The notes under the pieces were generated by a model. The model was not told where the DNA came from. It did not search any database and saw only the letters and a program-made list of their open reading frames with translations. From NCBI GenBank assembly GCA_018649885.1, contig JABIHA010000062.1, forward strand, positions 1 through 64,000: a stretch of DNA of 64,000 bases, given 5' to 3'. Positions 50,419 to 59,159 of the stretch are shown in pieces (positions within the stretch are counted from its first letter, which is position 1; every line of letters starts with the position of its first letter). A program made the position numbers and the translations under genes. Source of the DNA: Bacteriovoracaceae bacterium (lineage in GTDB: Bacteria > Bdellovibrionota > Bacteriovoracia > Bacteriovoracales > Bacteriovoracaceae).

Positions 50419-51920
50419 TGAAATATATATTCCTGCTCACAATATATTTCGTCTCCTCGCTTGTCTTTGCACAAGCGAATAAAGCAAAAGAAAAAGACAT
50501 CGAGGTAGTGCTGGGTATTGATAAAGTTGAAAAACTTAACTTTACCCCCTCCGGGAAAGGAATACAGATTGGAAATGAATCTGTTCTGACCTACGAATTA
50601 CTTCCGCAGAAAAGAGAAATGACATTTAAGGGTCTAAAGTCTGGAAAAACCTCTGTTATTATTCGAGATACTGTAGGGGATATTAAAGCTAGATACTTGG
50701 TTAAGGTAACTTCAAATAGTTTATCTAAAACGGTATCTGAGCTCAAAGAATTTCTTGGCGATATAGAGGGTTTAGATATTGGTGTTAAGGGTGGGGTTGT
50801 TTTTATCGGTGGAGAGCTAGTTGTTCCTCATGACTATGGAAAAATTGCTGTTGTTCTCGAAAGATATCCTGATGTTTTACGACTTGTAGAATTATCACCG
50901 ATGACCCAAAGGGCAATTGCAAAAAAAATGCAGGAAGAAATTCAAAGAAATAATATGAGAAATGTTACGGTTCGTGTGGTCAATAAACAATATTGGCTTG
51001 AGGGATCTGTAGCTTCAGCTTCTCAAGAAAAACTGGCAATCGAAATTTCAAAAGCATACTTACCTGATGGTATAGAGTCTCTCTACCAACAAGCAAAAGG
51101 TTCACGCTTTGTTAAGGGAAGAGAGCCAATTTCAAGTTTTATATCCGTAGAGACTCAAGAGCAGAAAAAACCAATTCCAAAAATTGTAAAAGTGATCACG
51201 CAATTTGTTGAGCTTACAAAAGACTATGGAAAAATATTTGGCTTTAGTTGGTCGCCTACACTCGGAGCTGATGGAGGGGCCATTCAGTTTGGAAAAGCAG
51301 CTGATGGTGGTCTTACAACTAACTCGACAGGGACTTTGAGTGGAACAATTTCAAACCTTATGCCTAAACTAGCTTCAGCTAAAAATGCTGGCTATGCCAG
51401 GGAGATTCAATCGGGAATGATTTTAGTCAAAAATGGTCAAAAAGCGACCATCAACAAGGATACAGAAACTCCTTATGATGTAGGACAAGGAGAGTTTACA
51501 AAAGGTGATAAGGCCCAATCGGGGTTTGATTTACAAGTAAAGCCATCAATTATTGAAGATGAGCAAATAGAGCTAGCAGTTGGACTTGGTGTGGGGATTG
51601 TCACAGGTTTTACAACGGACAAAAAACCAGTGATTACAAAGAATAAACTAAGCACAACTGTAATTGTAAAATCTAAGGAGTCTGCAGTAATTGGCGGAAT
51701 CGTGATTAAGCAAAATAAAATAAGTTATGATAAAGATCCTCCGGGGGGATCGACAGACGGAGTTGAAGGAGGACAGTTTCTCTTTTCATTTATTAGATCA
51801 AGGTCGTACCTTTCAAGTAAAACTCAGCATGTTGTCTTCGTAACACCCGAAATCGTTGCATCGGCATCAGCTGGTACTGAAGAAATAAAGAAAAAATTTA
51901 GAAAGCGGAGAAATTTGTAG
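50418..51920 (+). CDS. cpaC: Tad secretin CpaC/RcpA with BON-like domain
   Basis: Signal peptide, GLKSGKTSV, TTVIVKSKESAVIGG, HVVFVTPEIV. Confidence 0.85.
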   Translation: MKYIFLLTIYFVSSLVFAQANKAKEKDIEVVLGIDKVEKLNFTPSGKGIQIGNESVLTYELLPQKREMTFKGLKSGKTSVIIRDTVGDIKARYLVKVTSNSLSKTVSELKEFLGDIEGLDIGVKGGVVFIGGELVVPHDYGKIAVVLERYPDVLRLVELSPMTQRAIAKKMQEEIQRNNMRNVTVRVVNKQYWLEGSVASASQEKLAIEISKAYLPDGIESLYQQAKGSRFVKGREPISSFISVETQEQKKPIPKIVKVITQFVELTKDYGKIFGFSWSPTLGADGGAIQFGKAADGGLTTNSTGTLSGTISNLMPKLASAKNAGYAREIQSGMILVKNGQKATINKDTETPYDVGQGEFTKGDKAQSGFDLQVKPSIIEDEQIELAVGLGVGIVTGFTTDKKPVITKNKLSTTVIVKSKESAVIGGIVIKQNKISYDKDPPGGSTDGVEGGQFLFSFIRSRSYLSSKTQHVVFVTPEIVASASAGTEEIKKKFRKRRNL

Positions 51921-51923
51921 AAA

Positions 51924-54146
51924 GTGGCTGGATACATAATTAGCATTATAGGTGGCAAAGGAGGGGTTGGAAAATCTCAATTTGCAGCGAACTTGGCTTT
52001 TGCCATGGCAGCAGAAGATCGTCAAAAAGTTCTATTATTAGATTTCGATCAGAGGGCCAGTGGAGATCAAACTCTTATAACTGGAATGAAGTCGAAAAAG
52101 AATCTAAAAGAGTTGTCAGAATTTAGTGGGTCGATTGACCCAAGATCCTTTCAAACATTTTATGCTCCTCTGAAAAATAACGTAACCACAATCAATATGC
52201 CAAATGATCCATTACTTGCTGATCAAATTGATGTTGAAGGATTGGGTAAAGTTTTAAAGGCAGTTCCCAATATTTTTCCTCTAACAATAATAGATGTGGG
52301 AGGTGACTTATCTCCCCTTGCTCTTAAAGCTCTTGAATATTCAACTCTAATATTTTTAGTTGTTTCTCCTGATGTGTTGGCAGTGAATCAAAGTAAGAGA
52401 TTATTTTCCAATCTTGTAACAATGTTATTTCCGAAGGATATGATTCAGGTTGTTTTAAACCAGATGACGAAAGGTCACCCTGTCTCGCCTGATGTAGTGG
52501 GAAAACAAATTGGAAAACCTCCATTTTTTGTACTCCCCAAAGATGATGCATCCTGCACAATGGCCTTAAACAAAAAAATGCCAGTGCTACTGATAAACAG
52601 GAACTCTGCTTTTTCTAAGGGAATGATTGAATGTGTTAGGAAAATAAAGCAAAAAAATGTTTTAAAAATTCTTGATAAGCTCAATAAACCTGATACTTCA
52701 AAAGCTACTCAAACAGATGAGAAATCTCAAGACGCCAGCAAAGGTCTGACGCCTTGGATTGATTTGAAAAGTAGAATCCATAAATCTTTAGTCGAGGAAA
52801 TGGACCTTAAAAAAACGATGGACTCTGAGGGTGATGAAAAGGCCAAGAGTATCCTGAGAGAGCAAACAAAGAAGTTAGTGGTAGAGCTTTTATCAAAAGA
52901 GGATACAAAAGGCATAATCAACTCACGTGATGATATGAATAAAATCGTGAAAGAAGTAATTGATGAAGCCTTGGGGCTTGGGCCACTTGAGGATATGTTG
53001 AGGGATAAATCAATTTCAGAAATTATGGTAAATGGTCCTCATATGATCTATTACGAACAAGATGGTAAAAATAAGCTCTCAGATATTGTATTTACTAATG
53101 ATAGGCAGGTTTTAAATGTAATCGAAAGAATCGTTGCACCAATTGGTAGAAGGATTGATGAAAAAACTCCATATGTTGATGCAAGACTTGAAGACGGCTC
53201 TAGAGTTCACGCTATTATACCTCCATGTGCAATCGATGGATGTACGATTACTATCAGAAAATTCCCTGAAAATAGGCTCTCTTATAAAGACCTAATTAAA
53301 TTTGGCTCATTAACAGAAAATATGGCCGACTTTTTAAGAATGGCAGTTGAAGCTCATAAGAATATTGTAGTGAGTGGTGGTACCGGTTCTGGTAAGACTA
53401 CTTTAATTAATATGCTTGGTGCATTTATTCCAGCAAATGAAAGAATTATAACCTGTGAAGACTCTGCTGAACTTGATTTGCCACAAGAGCATGTGGTGAG
53501 GCTAGAAACTAGACCCCCCACACTAGAGGGTGATGGTGCGATCGATATCAGGTGCCTTGTTAAACAGACTCTAAGAATGAAACCCGATAGGATTATTGTT
53601 GGAGAGTGTCGGGGTGGTGAAACCCTCGATATGCTTCAGGCCATGAACACTGGTCATGATGGATCATTAACTACAGTTCACTCAAACTCGCCTAGGGATT
53701 GCATAAGTAGACTTGAGACACTTGTTAACTATGCAGGTATAGGGCTTCCACAAAAAGCGATTAGAGAAATGATTGCTTCCGCGGTTCACTTGGTTGTTCA
53801 GCAATCGAGGCTAGAAGATGGCTCTAGAAGAATTATGAATATTACGGAAATTTCTGGAATGCAAGGTGATGTAATAACCCTGCAGGATATTTTTGTTTTT
53901 AAACAAGAAGGTATAGATAGAAGTGGAAAGGTTACCGGGAAATTTCAGGCCACCGGGTTTATACCTAAATTTGTAGAAACAATGGAAAGAAAGGGATATA
54001 GAATTCCTCGTGGCATTTTTTCCAATGATGATAATTCACCTGAAAAAGAGCCTGCTAAAAAAGTATCAAAACCTGGGCAAAAGCCCTCTCCTCCTGCTAA
54101 AAACCCTGCACCAAAACCTGGTTCCAAAAAGAATAAAACTGGGTAG
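51924..54146 (+). CDS. cpaF: Fused CpaE/TadZ (MinD/ParA-like) and CpaF/TadA assembly ATPase
   Basis: N-terminal GGKGGVGKS; C-terminal SGGTGSGKTT, LRMKPDRIIVGECRG, MNTGHDGS. Confidence 0.92.
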   Translation: MAGYIISIIGGKGGVGKSQFAANLAFAMAAEDRQKVLLLDFDQRASGDQTLITGMKSKKNLKELSEFSGSIDPRSFQTFYAPLKNNVTTINMPNDPLLADQIDVEGLGKVLKAVPNIFPLTIIDVGGDLSPLALKALEYSTLIFLVVSPDVLAVNQSKRLFSNLVTMLFPKDMIQVVLNQMTKGHPVSPDVVGKQIGKPPFFVLPKDDASCTMALNKKMPVLLINRNSAFSKGMIECVRKIKQKNVLKILDKLNKPDTSKATQTDEKSQDASKGLTPWIDLKSRIHKSLVEEMDLKKTMDSEGDEKAKSILREQTKKLVVELLSKEDTKGIINSRDDMNKIVKEVIDEALGLGPLEDMLRDKSISEIMVNGPHMIYYEQDGKNKLSDIVFTNDRQVLNVIERIVAPIGRRIDEKTPYVDARLEDGSRVHAIIPPCAIDGCTITIRKFPENRLSYKDLIKFGSLTENMADFLRMAVEAHKNIVVSGGTGSGKTTLINMLGAFIPANERIITCEDSAELDLPQEHVVRLETRPPTLEGDGAIDIRCLVKQTLRMKPDRIIVGECRGGETLDMLQAMNTGHDGSLTTVHSNSPRDCISRLETLVNYAGIGLPQKAIREMIASAVHLVVQQSRLEDGSRRIMNITEISGMQGDVITLQDIFVFKQEGIDRSGKVTGKFQATGFIPKFVETMERKGYRIPRGIFSNDDNSPEKEPAKKVSKPGQKPSPPAKNPAPKPGSKKNKTG

Positions 54147-54155
54147 GAGTTTTAA

Positions 54156-55049
54156 GTGGACGTATTTTTAACTGAGTATCTTGGAAAAAATGGGATCGTA
54201 GGCCTGGTAGGCCTTCTTTTCTTTATCGTCGTATATAAATATAGTGTGCCTCTATTTAATTGGATTGAAGACCAAACCTATGGGACAAGAGATTATATAT
54301 TGCAAAGACTAGAGTTGATGCATATTGATATCGCCCCAGAAAGAATCACCTACCTACTTTTATTTTTAACATTTGGACTCGGAACGATCCTCTTATTATT
54401 ATTCACATTTTTGGGAGAATGGAAATTAGGATTATTTTTAGCAGTTCTGATAAGTGTTGTAGGCTGGAAGATACCTAAGCCCTTTGTAAATTATCTTTTT
54501 GATCGAAGGGTTAAGGAGTATCACATGCAAATGGTAGATGCTCTCAACTTGTTGTCCAATGGAATAAGAGCTGGTTTGTCTGTTCCACAGGCACTAGGTA
54601 TGGTTGTTGATGAAATGAAACCTCCACTTAGCCAGGAGTTTGCTTTAATTCTAAAACAAAATAATATTGGTGTTACATTAGATGAGGCTTTTGAAAATTT
54701 AAATAAAAGAATTCCACTTTCTGATAATGAAATGTTTGTGACGTCTGTAAATATACTTAGAGAAACAGGCGGAAATTTAGCCGAAACATTTGATACTATT
54801 GTAGATGTTATTAGAGAGAGAGTCAGGGTTCAGCAGAAAATTGAAGCATTGATTGCTCAAGGAAAAACCCAAGCTTATACCCTTGCCTGTATGCCAATAA
54901 TCGTACTTGGAATGAGCTATCAGATGGACCCAGATAGCGTTAGTTTGATGTTTTCGACCTGGCCAGGCCGAATAGCACTATTTGTTGCCGCTGTTATTGA
55001 TATGGTTGGACTTTACGTTGTAACTAAAATCATAAAAATAAAAGTGTAA
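54156..55049 (+). CDS. tadB: Tad inner-membrane platform protein TadB
   Basis: IRAGLS, ETGGNLAE T2SS-F motifs; TMs. Confidence 0.9.
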   Translation: MDVFLTEYLGKNGIVGLVGLLFFIVVYKYSVPLFNWIEDQTYGTRDYILQRLELMHIDIAPERITYLLLFLTFGLGTILLLLFTFLGEWKLGLFLAVLISVVGWKIPKPFVNYLFDRRVKEYHMQMVDALNLLSNGIRAGLSVPQALGMVVDEMKPPLSQEFALILKQNNIGVTLDEAFENLNKRIPLSDNEMFVTSVNILRETGGNLAETFDTIVDVIRERVRVQQKIEALIAQGKTQAYTLACMPIIVLGMSYQMDPDSVSLMFSTWPGRIALFVAAVIDMVGLYVVTKIIKIKV

Positions 55050-55164
55050 CTAGCTAAATTTACAAGCATCCAATAAAGAGTATTTAATACATAAAATATT
55101 TTAATGTTTTGAAAATCTTTTTCCGATAGATACTAAGAGAGTGTCGTTATTAAAAGGTAAACAC

Positions 55165-56799
55165 ATGAAAATAAAAAATGTTGGGTACATCATCCTGTCG
55201 CTGTTATTATCCATTCCGGCTATCGGAGGGGTAAATCTCAAAAATGGTAACTTTTATATCTCATATACAGATATAGTCGTTCCGGGCGGGGCTAACTCTT
55301 TGAAGATTACTAGGACCTATAATTCTAAGTCAACACATGAGGGTTGGTTTGGATTTGGTTGGGGATCTGATTTTGAGACCTATTTAAAGCCACAGGCCGA
55401 TGGTTCGGTTGTAGTCTTTGAAAACGGCGGTGGAGCAACAACAAGGTTTACTCCAAAAGCTGCAGTTGACCCTAAGAAGGCTGCACAAAAGATAGTCGAT
55501 GCAATGAGGAAGAGATCAGCAATCGCTGCTAAAGCTGCTAATGACTTAGTAGTTAAGCTGACAAAAGATGCTGAGCTTAGACTTTTATATGGGAAAAAAT
55601 TTAACGTTGAGTCTTCAATAGCTAATGGATCAACTCTTTATTCAAATAATAGAGGAATCCAGGAGTTAAGTGTAGCGAAGGCTGGATACGTTAGGAAATA
55701 CACAGATGGTAAAAAACATCATTTCAATAAACTTGGAAAGTTGATAAAGATTACCGAAAAAAATGGCTACTACACAAAATTTACATATGAGAAAACTGGA
55801 CTACTTAAAAATATAAAGGATTCTCAAGCGAAACAATTATTCTTTTCTTGGTATCCAAATAAAAGAGCAAAAGAAATTTGGTCAGGCGGGGATAAGAAAG
55901 CATTTTATAAGTATAGCGGAAAAGACTTAAGCTATAGTAAGGATATTAGTGGAAATATTTATACTTACACGTATGATAAAATCCACAACCTATCTGGCAT
56001 TGTCTATACAGATAAGTCTAAAATGGCCATTACCTACGATAAGAAAACTCAATTTGTTACTTCTGTAACAACAAAGAATGGAGATAAAACGTCATATAAG
56101 TATGGTGCTAATCCAAAAGACCCTAAAAATCACTACTGGACTTCGGTTACAAAGAAAGGCTTCAATGGTAAGCCTGTAACGAATAAGTATGAATATGAAA
56201 TTAGAACTAAGCCAGACGGTGAGAGATACACTTATCGTATTGCCACTAATATCAATAGTGTCAATACAGAGACGATTTACTCAGAGTGTTGCTCACTTCC
56301 TCTTAAAATTGCAAGAGGCAAGCATATTACAAATTTTGATTACGACGAAAGTGGACTTCTTCTTAAAAAGACATCTACTAAGGGCGACTTCATTAAGCTT
56401 GAGTATAATAATAAGATCAAAAAGATTGCTAAGGTAACTGATAATAAGGGTTGGACCAAATTTAATTATGACAAAAAAGGCAACCTTACCAAAGCTCTTA
56501 ACTCTAAAGGACAAGCAGTACTTCTTGTTTATGATAGAAAAGGTAAAATCACAAAGATGGTTGATACATATAAGAGTAGTAAGAAGAAGAGAATTCTCTC
56601 ATTCAAATACAACTCGATGGGAAAGCCAGTTGAAATTACAATGAGTAAAGTTGGAAAAATAAATGTTGCTTACGATAACTATGGAGAGATTAAAAAGGTT
56701 GAGTCTAAGGCCGGTAATAAGATGGCCCTACAGGTAACTCAAGCTTTTCAAAACCTGCTTTCAATCGTTAAGCCAGCAGGGGTGAGTTTAAACTTTTAA
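55165..56799 (+). CDS. Secreted YD/RHS-repeat protein (Bd0109-like position)
   Basis: Signal peptide, VNLKNGNF..RTYNS..GWFGFGW RHS N-terminus, multiple Y(D/E)xxGxL repeats; no DPxGL core end or toxin domain. Confidence 0.88.
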   Translation: MKIKNVGYIILSLLLSIPAIGGVNLKNGNFYISYTDIVVPGGANSLKITRTYNSKSTHEGWFGFGWGSDFETYLKPQADGSVVVFENGGGATTRFTPKAAVDPKKAAQKIVDAMRKRSAIAAKAANDLVVKLTKDAELRLLYGKKFNVESSIANGSTLYSNNRGIQELSVAKAGYVRKYTDGKKHHFNKLGKLIKITEKNGYYTKFTYEKTGLLKNIKDSQAKQLFFSWYPNKRAKEIWSGGDKKAFYKYSGKDLSYSKDISGNIYTYTYDKIHNLSGIVYTDKSKMAITYDKKTQFVTSVTTKNGDKTSYKYGANPKDPKNHYWTSVTKKGFNGKPVTNKYEYEIRTKPDGERYTYRIATNINSVNTETIYSECCSLPLKIARGKHITNFDYDESGLLLKKTSTKGDFIKLEYNNKIKKIAKVTDNKGWTKFNYDKKGNLTKALNSKGQAVLLVYDRKGKITKMVDTYKSSKKKRILSFKYNSMGKPVEITMSKVGKINVAYDNYGEIKKVESKAGNKMALQVTQAFQNLLSIVKPAGVSLNF

Positions 56800-56823
56800 T
56801 GATTCGTAATTGAGGAATAGATC

Positions 56824-57060
56824 ATGAAACTATTGAAATATGTACTACTCGTAATGCTTACTTTCTTCTCTTTGAGCTTGTTTGCTGAAGATCCACCAGC
56901 TGATGCACCGACACCGGCACCAGAAGAAGTATCTGCCCCAAGAGATATTGGTACTGGGCAAGATTTGGAGCCCTCCATTTGTAATACAGATGATAGTGAG
57001 CTTGAGGCAGGAGGAACAGTCGTTGGAGGTGGCGGCGCTGGCGCTGCTAGAGAGGAATAA
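56824..57060 (+). CDS. Small secreted acidic, low-complexity protein (hit/Bd0108 syntenic position)
   Basis: GAGGA RBS, signal peptide ending SLFA, Pro/Gly/Asp/Glu-rich mature part with one Cys; followed by a terminator. Confidence 0.75.
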   Translation: MKLLKYVLLVMLTFFSLSLFAEDPPADAPTPAPEEVSAPRDIGTGQDLEPSICNTDDSELEAGGTVVGGGGAGAAREE

Positions 57061-57091
57061 TCAATAGATAATAGTTTATATGTAGATAATT

Positions 57092-57124
57092 AAAAAATAA
57101 CTGGCTAAGGCTGGTTATTTTTTT
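57092..57124 (+). terminator. Intrinsic terminator
   Basis: AATAACTGGC-TAAG-GCTGGTTATT plus a T run. Confidence 0.7.
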
Positions 57125-57261
57125 GTCAGTTTATAAATAAAATTTATTTGATTGGCTTGATTTTATTAACAGTTTTTCAATAGTTGTAAATTTATTAGAC
57201 ACTCTTTTCAGTCACTAATTGTCATTACAGTACCTTATCTCTTCATATAGCAACAGTTAGT

Positions 57262-57277
57262 TGGCACATCATCTGCA
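57262..57277 (+). promoter_or_regulatory. sigma54 (RpoN) -24/-12 promoter
   Basis: TGGCAC-ATCAT-CTGCA (GG-N10-GC), about 40 bp upstream of ATG 57315. Confidence 0.65.
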
Positions 57278-57314
57278 TAGTAATAGGTATAAATTTTAAC
57301 TGGAGGAGAAGAAA

Positions 57315-57515
57315 ATGAAAAACTTATTTCTAATTGTAGGACTGCTAATAGGCATCTCACAATCGCAAGTTTTTGCAGCATCTGGTGGAAGTTCTGATGA
57401 AATGGGTCAGGATGAGGCCTTAAAAGAATGTATCTATAGCGATACAAGTGAGCAAGGCTCAAAATCTGGTGGAGATAGTGATTCTGGTGATGATAGTTCT
57501 TCACACGTAGACTAA
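57315..57515 (+). CDS. Small secreted acidic Ser/Gly/Asp-rich protein, probable paralogue of 56824..57060
   Basis: GGAGGAG RBS, signal peptide ending QVFA, shared GQD-x5-C motif. Confidence 0.75.
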   Translation: MKNLFLIVGLLIGISQSQVFAASGGSSDEMGQDEALKECIYSDTSEQGSKSGGDSDSGDDSSSHVD

Positions 57516-57542
57516 TTTACAAAAATAAAATTGATGGTTAGT

Positions 57543-57570
57543 AAAAAAGCGCTCAAATGAGCGCTTTTTT
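57543..57570. terminator. Bidirectional intrinsic terminator
   Basis: AAAAAAGCGCTCA-AA-TGAGCGCTTTTTT between convergent genes. Confidence 0.9.
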
Positions 57571-57952
57571 AGTATTTAGACTCTTTAAGCATCTTCTTAA
57601 GAATCTCTTTTTCTTCTTTGGTATAACTTTCTTGGGGAGGGTTTTTCGCTGACTTTCTTCCATTTCTCCGATTTTTACTGGGAGTATTTCCACTTTTTTT
57701 GAGCGAAGAAATTTCATATTTTATGCTATCTATATTTTGAGGATTAGCATTTGAAAATAGCTTTTTTCCATAATCTTTAGTTCCAGAAATTACTGAGCTT
57801 AACCTCTCATTTATCTTCTCAAAAATAGGATCAGTATAGCCCTGAGTTTTCTCTGAAAGATGAGAGAATATTTTCTTTTCTCCAATAGGATAGGAGAGAA
57901 TCATGAAACTAATAAAAAATGAGATTGAAAATTTCAGTACAGTACTAATCAT
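57569..57952 (-). CDS. Membrane-anchored hypothetical protein
   Basis: N-terminal hydrophobic helix; overlaps the upstream gene. Confidence 0.7.
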   Translation of the reverse strand: MISTVLKFSISFFISFMILSYPIGEKKIFSHLSEKTQGYTDPIFEKINERLSSVISGTKDYGKKLFSNANPQNIDSIKYEISSLKKSGNTPSKNRRNGRKSAKNPPQESYTKEEKEILKKMLKESKY

Positions 57953-58517
57953 TTTTAGGCATCTTGAAATTAATTATTAATAAAATATGAAATGGAATGA
58001 GTTTGTTTTCATAAACGAGATCATATCCAATTCTAAAGACTTCATGATGTTGAATAGTTTTTTCAAGTAACTTCAAAATTCTGACCTTCTTAGACTTTTC
58101 TCCTTCGCTTTCTCTTTGGGAAGACTCAAATAGCATGGGCGAGTTCATTTGGGACAGTAGCATTACATTTTCATCTAAGTTACTTAAAAAGTGTCCAATG
58201 ACTATATTGTTTGCCTCGGTAAATAGACTGTTAAATATTTCTCGGTTGATACTGTCTTCTGAGACTAGATGGTCGGGAACCTGTGCACATGCATGGCCGC
58301 TAATTTCGCCGTAGAGATTGAAAATAACAGATAGAGAATTATCAAAATCTAACTTGATATCGTGAAAATTAGTAATTGCTTCTGGATGTGCATATGACAG
58401 TTTGAGTTTTGCCACATCGAATATTTTTAAGTCTTTTGGGAAGCATTCAAGCATCTCGTTGGTATTTTTAAGATATGGAAAAGTTTCATTTTTATTTAGT
58501 TCTCTAAGGTTATTCAT
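57945..58517 (-). CDS. CheC/CheX-like protein (tentative)
   Basis: LYGEISG and TEANNIVIG (ExxN) resemble the CheX/CheC fold; next to a CheY-like gene. Confidence 0.5.
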   Translation of the reverse strand: MNNLRELNKNETFPYLKNTNEMLECFPKDLKIFDVAKLKLSYAHPEAITNFHDIKLDFDNSLSVIFNLYGEISGHACAQVPDHLVSEDSINREIFNSLFTEANNIVIGHFLSNLDENVMLLSQMNSPMLFESSQRESEGEKSKKVRILKLLEKTIQHHEVFRIGYDLVYENKLIPFHILLIINFKMPKND

Positions 58518-58526
58518 ACTTCCGTC

Positions 58527-58958
58527 CTAGTAGTTACTTTCTTCTTCAATGATAGCGGCTATTTTTACAAGTGATGTTTTAAGAGTGTCACCTTCAAATG
58601 GTTTTTGTATGAAATCCATTGCTCCTGCAGCTATTGAATCAAGGATTATATTTTCTTGGCAAAGTGAAGAGACCATTATGATATAAATATTGTTAAATTT
58701 CTCAAGCAGGTTCTTTGTTAACTCAATTCCATTCATTTCAGGCATTACTACGTCAACAACGATTAAATTTGCTTTAGTTCTGGCTATGGCTTCTATTGAT
58801 TCACTTGGTGTGCTGGCTTCGCCGGCAACCGTAAGACCTAGGTTTTCAACAATATTGGTAATTTGCTTTCTAGCAAACTCTGAATCATCTACAACTAGTA
58901 CACGTACATTTTCGTGTATTGGCTTAACTTCATTTTCATTTTCTTCGTTATTGTCCAT
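58527..58958 (-). CDS. cheY: Single-domain CheY-like response regulator
   Basis: VLVVDDS, VDVVMPEMNG, MVSS, FIQKPF. Confidence 0.85.
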   Translation of the reverse strand: MDNNEENENEVKPIHENVRVLVVDDSEFARKQITNIVENLGLTVAGEASTPSESIEAIARTKANLIVVDVVMPEMNGIELTKNLLEKFNNIYIIMVSSLCQENIILDSIAAGAMDFIQKPFEGDTLKTSLVKIAAIIEEESNY

Positions 58959-59109
58959 TGGCTTCCCTGCCTGTTCAAGATGTATTTTATCAGACTTAGT
59001 AGAAGCTTTGGAGATAAAACGGCTTTATATAACCGACTAGCTTGGTTTGATAATGCAGGTAAGGATTCAATTTTATATGAAATCATGGAAATTAAAAATT
59101 ATTGGCTGG

Positions 59110-59142
59110 AAAAAAGGAGCGGGATGCACACATGTGCATCCC
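59110..59142 (-). terminator. Intrinsic terminator after the second lon
   Basis: GGGATGCAC/GTGCATCCC stem, then GCTCC and a U tract on the minus strand. Confidence 0.7.
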
Positions 59143-59159
59143 ACGGATAAATAACTATT

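Noticed and set aside
55165..57060. Rhs polymorphic toxin with immunity gene
   Set aside because: There is no DPxGL cleavage motif or C-terminal toxin domain, and the downstream ORF is a secreted disordered peptide.
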